IMG/VR virus record: IMGVR_UViG_3300036770_007539
Coordinates: 1 to 64,000 of that record
DNA length: 64,000 nt
Strand: one strand, 5' to 3'
Shown piece after piece: positions 50,412-58,777 of this stretch. A program made the position numbers and the translations under genes. Position 1 is the first letter of the stretch; each line of letters starts with the position of its first letter. Under the pieces are notes generated by a model that ran no database searches, was not told the DNA's origin, and saw only the letters and a list, made by a program, of their open reading frames with translations.

Positions 50412-51808
50412 TATTTATTCTTATCTCAAGAATGTAAGAAGAATTGTTGACGTATCAGGATCCGAGGAGTTAGTTTATAGAGTCTCCGCTTATACGGGAA
50501 AAGAATATATAATTTCAAAAGAAATATTAGAAATTACTTTTGAAGAGCTTATTAATACAATGTTAGACGATTACGGTCTTTTATTTAGTTTTGGAATTTT
50601 AGTTATAAATACTGAAACCTCTAAATACACTTGTAAAACTCATTCAAAATTTAAAAGGTTCTATGGATCTAGAAGAAAAAATAAAACTAATACCTGAAAT
50701 GTCTGTACAAGCCTTGGCATCTCACATAGTATTGTATAAATCTCTTGGTTTATTTAGAGATTTTGCAATTAAATGTATGGAAGAGCTGGCTAAGAGAAAA
50801 GCTAATGGAGAAACTTTTGACTATGATTCTTTTATAAAAGAAGAATTGAATAAAATTCCAAAGCTTAAAGAAGGCACGGGGGCGATGGATGCTTTTTCAA
50901 TGATTAAATCTATTTCCAATGACGCTTCTATCTTGGGTAAGAAACAATGAAATTAATTGAAGGATTTTGTGAATATTTCTATGAGACATTTAAACCTGCA
51001 ATGGACGCAGATTTTGAGAGGGGAAAATTTCCAATTGAATATGAAAACTCGAAAGTAATTGAGCATAAAATTTATAGTGCAGAATGGTCATTGCTACTTC
51101 AGCCTATAAAGATAAATGCTTTATTTATTGACCTGTCATATGAAGAGTTAAATTGGATATTGTTATTAGAAAATAATAATTTTTCTTTTTTGTTTAAGTT
51201 TGTTGATGGAGAATATTCTATTTTAGACAAGTCAGGAAAATTAATGCCAGTAGAATATACCGCCTCCTTAGTTTCTAATTTTGAAAAAATGATCAATCTT
51301 GGATTTGGTTGGACCCCTCAAGAAAAATCTAATGAATTAATTAAAATTATTATTAACAATATTTGAAAGGGCAGAAAATGAATTATTTAAACGATTTTAT
51401 GAATGAATGTATTTCTTCTGGTAGATCGTCCGTTCAAGACATTACAGAAGCAGCAAAGCAAAAAATTAAATATATTGAAATTGAAATTGAAAAAATAGAT
51501 TCTTTAAAAAAAGAAGAAAAGGCTCTTAAATCTTTGTTGAAGCAATTGGGAGGTGATACAGATAAAAACTTCGTAGAAAGAATTATCTTGTCTCAAGATT
51601 TTAACTTATTAAATTCTGATATAAAAAATATAAGTCATTCAATTATTGAATTTGTAAGTGAACATAATGATGTTTCTGTTCAGAATATTATTGAAGCAAC
51701 TTCTGGTTTAGAAAATTCTAGACTGGTTTTAACTGCTTTAAAATGGTTAATTGATAATAAAATAATTTCCAGAAATGAAAAATCTAGAAAAATATCTAGG
51801 GGCGAACA

Positions 51809-52177
51809 ATGGGATTTAAAAGAAAAAAAACTCAATCTCATAAATTTAAAAAGTTAAGAACTAAAAAAAAGAAAAAACCAATATATTCTTTCTTAAGAAA
51901 AGAATATACAATTAATCCAGAAATAATTATGAATAATGTTTGGGCAAGGATGGGAAAGTCTTTAGACCAAAGAATGCTTCATGATATTTATAAAATTATA
52001 GATGAATTTTTATTTGAAAAATTAGCATATGAAAAAAAATGCACTGTACAAGGATTCGGGTCTTTACAGCTAGTGGAAGAGCCTTATATTAAGGCTAATG
52101 GCGATCCAGAGATCAGAATTGATTTTATTCCAGATTTAAAATTAAAAGAAAAAATTAAATTATTAAAAAGGAGATAG
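51809..52177 (+). CDS. HU/IHF-like DNA-binding protein
   Basis: Helices followed by VQGFGSL and IDFIPDLKLKEKI; basic N-terminus. Confidence 0.65.
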   Translation: MGFKRKKTQSHKFKKLRTKKKKKPIYSFLRKEYTINPEIIMNNVWARMGKSLDQRMLHDIYKIIDEFLFEKLAYEKKCTVQGFGSLQLVEEPYIKANGDPEIRIDFIPDLKLKEKIKLLKRR

Positions 52178-52696
52178 TTATGTCGCGAGGAAGAAAAGAA
52201 GGATCTGTTTCAGGTAAACGACCTATATTTTGGGTATGTATTTCTAATTCTAGTGAATTAATTGTAGAAAAAATTTATTCTCCATCAGATGCTTCCGATG
52301 AAGATATTAAAAATTTTACAGACGAAATGGCTGCTAAAATATATTTTAATCTTCACGGAGAAGAGCCAGAGCGCATCATTGGTCCATGTTATGATGTTAA
52401 ATCATTGAAAATATCTTCTAACAATGAAGAAAAAGAAGAAGTTTTTAACTTGAAAAAGCTAAAAATATCTTCGACATTGGGTCCCGCGACATATAATGGT
52501 TGGAAGGGAACGGTTTTTGAAATAGCTGGAAAATCGGACGAAGTTTTATTTATAGCCTCTGAAAGAGCGGATTCTAATATGAATAAAATTTTACCAAGTG
52601 CAACTCCTGTTAAAAAAGAATTAATTAAATTTTTAATGTAATAGTTAAATATTAATCAAAGAATAATAATATTAACAAAACTAAGGTATTAGGATT

Positions 52697-53059
52697 ATGA
52701 TGAGTCTTTCAAAAGAAAAGTTAATTAAATTTAAAGAGTTTTTTATGATTGAGCATGAAAAAATTGTAAAGAATTCGGCAGCAAGATCTTTGGACGAAAC
52801 AGACGTTGGAGGAGATGAAGCCGATATAGTTTCTTTAGGTCAAATTAAAAATTTGGCTGAATCTCTTTCTGCAAGAGATAAGGCTGCGCTTAATCGCATT
52901 GAAAACTCTCTAATAAAGATTGCTAAAGGTACTTTTGGTCAATGTGAAGAATGCGAAGAGCTTATTTCGGAAGCAAGATTAAAAGCAATTCCTGATTGTT
53001 CTTTTTGCATTTCTTGTGCAGAGCAATATGAATTAAATGTAAAAAGGGGAATGGCTTGA
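52697..53059 (+). CDS. dksA: DksA/TraR C4 zinc-finger protein
   Basis: GDEADI coiled-coil tip, IENSL.KI..GTFGQCEEC.E.I...RLKAIP....CISC. Confidence 0.85.
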   Translation: MMSLSKEKLIKFKEFFMIEHEKIVKNSAARSLDETDVGGDEADIVSLGQIKNLAESLSARDKAALNRIENSLIKIAKGTFGQCEECEELISEARLKAIPDCSFCISCAEQYELNVKRGMA

Positions 53060-53073
53060 GCTAGGAGCCTGTT

Positions 53074-53670
53074 ATGGACGATGAATTTCAATTGGGACCT
53101 CATAGGTTAGACGCTGAAATATATAAAAATTTATTTGAAAGCCGTTCAATTTTCCTATTAGGAGATATTCACGTTCAATCCGCTGCTAATCTAGCGGCTC
53201 AATTGTTATGGCTCAATGCAATCAAGCAAGATGAGATTACTGTTTATATCAATTCTCAAGGAGGTGATATTGATAGTGGTCTTTTTACAATTTACGATAC
53301 TATTCAATGGATAACCTCTCCAGTATCTACCGTTTGTATTGGAGAGGCTTATTCTAGTGCAGGCTACATATTAGCCTCTGGTTCTAGAGGAAAGAGATAC
53401 GCCTATCCTCATTCTAAAATTATGATTCATGGGGTACAAACTTCTGAGCTATCTGGAACTCAAGAGGAAATTGAGGCTGAAAGCAAAAGAATAAAATTAT
53501 TAAATCAATCTTTAATGGAAGTGATGGCAAGGCATTCAAAGCAATCTTTTTCCAAAGTTAAAAGAGATTTTAAAAAAGATAAATATTTTACAGCAGAAGA
53601 AGCTTTAAAATACGGTCTAATTGATGAAGTTATTGAGCCTACAAAAAAGATTCCACCTCTAAAAAGATAG
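53074..53670 (+). CDS. clpP: ATP-dependent Clp protease proteolytic subunit
   Basis: YINSQGG, CIGEAYSSA (Ser), IMIH (His), KDKYFTAEEALKYGLID (Asp). Confidence 0.9.
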   Translation: MDDEFQLGPHRLDAEIYKNLFESRSIFLLGDIHVQSAANLAAQLLWLNAIKQDEITVYINSQGGDIDSGLFTIYDTIQWITSPVSTVCIGEAYSSAGYILASGSRGKRYAYPHSKIMIHGVQTSELSGTQEEIEAESKRIKLLNQSLMEVMARHSKQSFSKVKRDFKKDKYFTAEEALKYGLIDEVIEPTKKIPPLKR

Positions 53671-53689
53671 AATATTTTGCTATAATGAC

Positions 53690-55339
53690 ATGGATAAATT
53701 AGCCAGAAAAAAATCATCCGATCCAAAGCAAGAAGCTTTGCGTCAAGAAAAACAGGATTGGAATGAGCAAACAAGTGAATTAATTAGCGAGCTTATTTCT
53801 TTAAAGCGTGGATTAAATGGAAAAGGAGACTCTTCAGAGGGGTTGCCTCCTTCTTCTATTAAAGACCCAATTCCGCCTCAAATAGGAGCTTATTTAAATG
53901 AGGTAGCCTCTAGCGCAGCCAAAGTAATAGAAGAGGCTCGCAACATTATTAACAAGCAAGAAAACTACTCTTCTTCTAGAAAAAAAAGAAGCATGTCAAA
54001 GGAAGAAGAGGAAATAATTAAATTGGCGGGATTTATTTCTGAGGCTTCGTGGGCAGGCTCTCGCCTTCTGGCTAGATATTGGACATTGAGAAATTTACCA
54101 GAAAAACAAAAAGCCTTTGTTTTGGATTTAATGTATTCATTAACAGATATTAATGATAAATTAAAAATTTTTGAAGAAAAATTAATAGAGCCCAATCAAA
54201 AAAGCTTAGCAAAAGCTTTTATAGATAGCTTGGCAGTATTATCCTTGTATAGGAATAATATTCTTAACAAAACCAATTATTTTTTAGGTAGACCTGCATT
54301 ACCAAATATTAGTCACAGTGAGAGACCAGAAAAACCAGAAAAACCAGAAAAACCAGAAAAACCAGCTCGGCAGCAAGCACTTACAGATGAATCTAAAAGA
54401 AGTGTAGAAGAAAATCTATCAGCTGCGCAGCAGAAGGAAAAGGATGAGGCAAAACAAACTTTTCTTAAAATGGATGCGGATTTGGGATATGCAGAAAGAT
54501 TAAATAAATTTACAAAAGAAATAAAAGGTAAGACAATACTAGTTTCAAAAAAAGGAACTCCTGATGATTTCAATAAAAAATTGCAAGCAATAATTGCTGA
54601 AAGAGACAAAATTAAATCAAGTATTTCTAGGCGACAACCCATGTATAATATAATTCTTTCTATTGGGTCATTTAAAAACCAATATGAGTCATTAATTAGT
54701 TATTTTATACAAGATTTTTCTATTAATGGAACCGAAGAAGACGCATGGGACTCTTTAGGCAAAGACACATCAAAAACTCCATTTAACGAAATGGAATATG
54801 AAATTGATCCTGTTTTGAATTCAACTACATTTGCTAATATTTATATGAAGCTTCCACTTTCTTCTGATGCGTTTGCTACGATTAACATGGATATTGATGA
54901 AGAAGAAGGTGCGCCAGAAAGTAATGAGTCAAATAAAAATACAGAAGATAGTCGGCAATTGAGTCTTTTCGTTAGCGATGGCTCATCTTTTGTTAAAGAC
55001 GCGGGTTTCTTCAGAAGATTTATTAGAGAAAAAATTTTACAATTTAAAACACCAACAGCAACAGAAATTGAACAAAAAAGAGCACTTCAAGCATCAAAAG
55101 ACTTGAGAGTTTCAATAGATTCTTTTTTAGATTTATTAGAAAATTCAAATACGTCTATAAATTCTATTATAGAAGAATTAAATCAATTAACTAAAAATTT
55201 TAAACTTCTTGGTTCTATTATGAGGAATCTCGGAGAATCATTTAGAATCCTATCTTGGGGAGAAGGTGTTAAAGAAATTTCAAAAGAAGAAATGACCGCC
55301 TATGATAGAGTTTTGAACTCCATACCGGATAAAATTTAA
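53690..55339 (+). CDS. Large helical hypothetical protein, possibly virion-associated
   Basis: AATATTTTGCTAT-N6-ATG; K-x-A motifs (MDKLA, IIKLAG, FVKDAG); PEK repeats. Confidence 0.65.
   Translation: MDKLARKKSSDPKQEALRQEKQDWNEQTSELISELISLKRGLNGKGDSSEGLPPSSIKDPIPPQIGAYLNEVASSAAKVIEEARNIINKQENYSSSRKKRSMSKEEEEIIKLAGFISEASWAGSRLLARYWTLRNLPEKQKAFVLDLMYSLTDINDKLKIFEEKLIEPNQKSLAKAFIDSLAVLSLYRNNILNKTNYFLGRPALPNISHSERPEKPEKPEKPEKPARQQALTDESKRSVEENLSAAQQKEKDEAKQTFLKMDADLGYAERLNKFTKEIKGKTILVSKKGTPDDFNKKLQAIIAERDKIKSSISRRQPMYNIILSIGSFKNQYESLISYFIQDFSINGTEEDAWDSLGKDTSKTPFNEMEYEIDPVLNSTTFANIYMKLPLSSDAFATINMDIDEEEGAPESNESNKNTEDSRQLSLFVSDGSSFVKDAGFFRRFIREKILQFKTPTATEIEQKRALQASKDLRVSIDSFLDLLENSNTSINSIIEELNQLTKNFKLLGSIMRNLGESFRILSWGEGVKEISKEEMTAYDRVLNSIPDKI
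54326..54365 (+). repeat. 9-bp tandem repeat (CCAGAAAAA)x4 encoding PEK
   Basis: Directly visible in the sequence. Confidence 0.9.
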
Positions 55340-55341
55340 TT

Positions 55342-55734
55342 ATGGATTTAATTATTATAGGTAAATATAAGTTCCCAGTGGAGATAGCATTATCTGCCGA
55401 GGAGCAATCTAGGGGATTAATGAATTGTTATGAGCCTAAAATTATGGCTTTTCCAGGAAAGAAATCAATTAAAAGCTTTTGGATGAAGAATACTCCTATG
55501 CCTTTGGACTTGATCTTTGCCTGCGATGGAGCTATAGTAGATCGCAAAAAGGGATCGCCTTTTTCTCTTGGAAATATTTCATCCGATTATGAATCTGACT
55601 TAATAGTAGAGTTTCCAAGAGGAGTATTAGACCATTTTCCAATTAACATTGGCGATGATATTTGCTTAAATTATTCTATAAAAACTATTGCTAAAAAATT
55701 CAATTTTACCCTAAACAAATTAGGAGATTTATGA
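55342..55734 (+). CDS. DUF192-family protein
   Basis: VEIA.S.EEQSRGLM, SFWMKNTPMPLDLIF, IVEFPRG, INIGD. Confidence 0.85.
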   Translation: MDLIIIGKYKFPVEIALSAEEQSRGLMNCYEPKIMAFPGKKSIKSFWMKNTPMPLDLIFACDGAIVDRKKGSPFSLGNISSDYESDLIVEFPRGVLDHFPINIGDDICLNYSIKTIAKKFNFTLNKLGDL

Positions 55735-55737
55735 TTT

Positions 55738-57129
55738 ATGGATGTCATTCAAGAAATTTCTCAAAATGCCGACAATTTATCTGAAAAAGATTTATCTTGG
55801 ATAATTCCCAAAATAAATGATAAATATAATTATGTTATAAAAAATTTCTCTGTTGCCGCCAAACAGAATAATGAGATCTCCAAGGCAGCTTTTCAAGCTG
55901 CCGCACACCAGGCTTTAGAGAAAGCAATTAACACTTTTCTTTTTAAAAAGCAGCACTGGAAGAAAAAATATAATTTACATTATTATCTTATTAAGACTTT
56001 ATCAAATTTAAAATCAGAAAAATTAATTGAAAATTCAGGAACGGAAAATGTTAATCTGCCTATCTGCCCGCTTTGCAAGAGCGAGGGATATAAAGAATTT
56101 TTAGAGAGCAATGATAATTTTTATCATTGTAAAAGATGCTCTAACCTTCTTGAAAATATGGAGCATTCAAATCTTAAATATGAATTAAGAAAAATATTTA
56201 GCAGTCACTCTAAAAAAGGAGTTAGATGCCCGGACTGTAAAGGTTGGGCTCCAGATTCTGCATTTGACGGTGGAATCTTTCCCTGTCTATATAATTGTGG
56301 TTTTATTGGAAATTATAATGAATATTATTCAGGAGCACATCCTGTATCTTTAACTTTTCGAAAAATTAAATCATTGAATGAAAATCTTGACGATGATTTT
56401 TCTTTAGAAAAAGTTTTAAACTCCTCGTCAATTACAGAACAAGAAGAACTAATCTTCAATGAAGATCTTGAAAATCAATATAAGTTAGTCAAAGAAGTAT
56501 TATTTCAACAACAAAAATCTCTTAATAATACCGCTACATCTGCCACTATTATTCAAAAGCAATTAATGTACCAAGCATTCATTAATTGCTTAGAGATGTT
56601 TCCATATGAAATGACTCTCTATTTGGCTCATCAAAAAAATGTTTCTAAAGAACCTCTCCAATGTAAAATATTTCAAGAATATGCAGATTTAATGTTAAAC
56701 TATATGCCATTTAGTATTGTTAAAGGAAAAAATAAATTTGAAATTTTAGATCCTTGCGATCCCAAAGCTTCTTTGTTTCTTGGAATTTCTGAATATTCTT
56801 CTGTGGTTAGCAGAGATGGCTGCATCCCGAATGAGACTAAAGAAAATTATATTGGCGGTAAACAGGTTAAAGATTATGGTCCCTGTTTTCTTGGTAAATT
56901 AATTTCTGTTACGTCAGATGGTATAGATGTTACAGAATCTGTTAAATATTATACTTTTAATGAAATTAAAACTTCCCTACCTGAAAACACGGAAGTTGAA
57001 GTAAAACACTTTAGAATCGCTTCCCATTACGAAATGCACTCTTTGGTCTTTCTTCAAAGAATTCGAAGGTCTGTAGTGGATAAGGTTTATTTTGTCTTAA
57101 ATAAAGAAAAAAGAAAGGTTAGATCATGA
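55738..57129 (+). CDS. Zinc-ribbon protein with sigma70-like region 2 and 3 segments (candidate phage sigma factor)
   Basis: AFQAAAHQALEKAINTF...YYL (region 2-like); CPLC/CKRC/CPDC/CLYNC; IKSLNENLDDDFSLEKVL...EEL (region 3.2-like). Confidence 0.4.
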   Translation: MDVIQEISQNADNLSEKDLSWIIPKINDKYNYVIKNFSVAAKQNNEISKAAFQAAAHQALEKAINTFLFKKQHWKKKYNLHYYLIKTLSNLKSEKLIENSGTENVNLPICPLCKSEGYKEFLESNDNFYHCKRCSNLLENMEHSNLKYELRKIFSSHSKKGVRCPDCKGWAPDSAFDGGIFPCLYNCGFIGNYNEYYSGAHPVSLTFRKIKSLNENLDDDFSLEKVLNSSSITEQEELIFNEDLENQYKLVKEVLFQQQKSLNNTATSATIIQKQLMYQAFINCLEMFPYEMTLYLAHQKNVSKEPLQCKIFQEYADLMLNYMPFSIVKGKNKFEILDPCDPKASLFLGISEYSSVVSRDGCIPNETKENYIGGKQVKDYGPCFLGKLISVTSDGIDVTESVKYYTFNEIKTSLPENTEVEVKHFRIASHYEMHSLVFLQRIRRSVVDKVYFVLNKEKRKVRS

Positions 57130-57559
57130 AAAATTTTGATTTAAATGAATTATTAAGTTCTTCTATGAAGAACATGGCTGCTAATTATAAAACAGAGGCT
57201 CCAACTTGGTTTATGCCAGGTCAGCTTTCTTTTAATGCATCAGAAAGCTTATCTCTTTTTCATTGTTTAGAATCTCAGATGATTCAGTTTGCCATTTTTC
57301 ATGGAAAAACTGTGCATAGATTTTATATTTATTTACCAGAAGATAAATACGAATTATCTAATTTAGATGACGTAGTTAAAGTTATTAATGCTGAAGAAAA
57401 ATCTTTGAAGCTTGTATATAGAGGAGAATCTTGTTTATTGTTCATCTCCCAAGATAATATGTTATTTTTTGATTCAAATCTAGATAAAATTGAAGTAGCT
57501 TCTTTTACTGGTACAAAATTAGCCTCTTTAAAAAACAATTTAAAATCTTTGAGTAAAAA

Positions 57560-58390
57560 ATGAGTAAGTGGAGACCTTCCGACAATTGCATTTATGTCAT
57601 ACCAGACATTCACGGCGCCGTTGATTTGTTAGAAAAGTGTTTAGTTAGAATTTTGCCACTAAGAAATAAGAATGGAAAAAAAGATAAAATAATTTTTTTA
57701 GGAGATTATATAGACCGGCACGAAGATTCTTGCTTGGTTATTGATGTTTTAATTGAATTAAAGAAAAAATACCCAGACCAAGTAATATGTTTAAAGGGAA
57801 ATCATGAACATATGCTATTGATGGGTTTAGAAATGTATCCTAATTATTTACCATTTGAATACTCTTCACAGTGGAAGATGTGGCTGCATAATGGTGGTGA
57901 CGATACTCTTAGAGGATATTTAAAAAATAATAAAAACAATTTAATGTTATCAAGTGTAAATTCTCTGGCAGTTAGAAAATTTAATATTATTCCTGATGAG
58001 CACTTAGAGTTTATGATGAACTGTCTTGATTTTTATGAAACAGAAAACTTTTCTTTTATTCATGGAGGTGGAAATCCGCAACTGCCATGGAGCAAGCACT
58101 CTCCGGAAGTTATTTATTGGGACAGGAAACTTTTTGAATTCGTTAAGCATTCAATGGCGTATAACGAGCCTGTCCCATGGAATAAAACTATAATAACCGG
58201 TCATAATGGACCGGTTCCACTATTTCATGATAAATTTATGATGCTTGATGCGGGAAGCCCTAAAAGACTTTTAATTTTAGAAGCTAATTCAAGGGAAGCA
58301 TTTATAGCAGAAAATGACAAATCAAAATTATTAAAATTTTCTACTTCCAATAGCATTGTAAAAAGAAGCCCTTTTCGCAGAAACTCTTAG
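57560..58390 (+). CDS. Ser/Thr protein phosphatase-like metallophosphoesterase
   Basis: PDIHG, GDYIDR, GNHE, WLHNGG, IHGG, TGH, LDAG. Confidence 0.9.
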   Translation: MSKWRPSDNCIYVIPDIHGAVDLLEKCLVRILPLRNKNGKKDKIIFLGDYIDRHEDSCLVIDVLIELKKKYPDQVICLKGNHEHMLLMGLEMYPNYLPFEYSSQWKMWLHNGGDDTLRGYLKNNKNNLMLSSVNSLAVRKFNIIPDEHLEFMMNCLDFYETENFSFIHGGGNPQLPWSKHSPEVIYWDRKLFEFVKHSMAYNEPVPWNKTIITGHNGPVPLFHDKFMMLDAGSPKRLLILEANSREAFIAENDKSKLLKFSTSNSIVKRSPFRRNS

Positions 58391-58753
58391 GTCTTTTACT
58401 ACTGAGGGATAAAGATCGGCAAGCTCTTCAAATAATTTCCATTGCTTCTTAAGTAAAATATAGCAAGAATAGTAAGAGTTTTGAGCTAAAGCATTGTAAT
58501 ATTTGTCTTCAGCTCCTTTTAGATGCCCAGGCATATAAACTTGGCAAAATAAAATCCAATCTCCCAATGATTGATATAAATGAAAATTATAATTATTTTG
58601 AGCTTCAATATATTTTAAAGTTAAACTATTATTAGAATAATTTTCTAGTTTGTTAGAATTTATTAATAGATTTAATAGATAAGAATTCAACTCATTGCTA
58701 TAAGCAAGTTTGTCGATCGTTGGCTTGAAATATTTCATTAATATTTCATCCAT
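58331..58753 (-). CDS. Hypothetical helical protein
   Basis: YQSLGDWILF...YY...Y...LFEELAD pattern; exact start uncertain. Confidence 0.55.
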   Translation of the reverse strand: MDEILMKYFKPTIDKLAYSNELNSYLLNLLINSNKLENYSNNSLTLKYIEAQNNYNFHLYQSLGDWILFCQVYMPGHLKGAEDKYYNALAQNSYYSCYILLKKQWKLFEELADLYPSVVKDLRVSAKRASFYNAIGSRKF

Positions 58754-58777
58754 ATAATAATATAGGAAAAAATTCAT

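Noticed and set aside
54326-54365. Phase-variable or regulatory repeat
   Set aside because: The 9-bp unit preserves the frame and simply encodes a PEK linker
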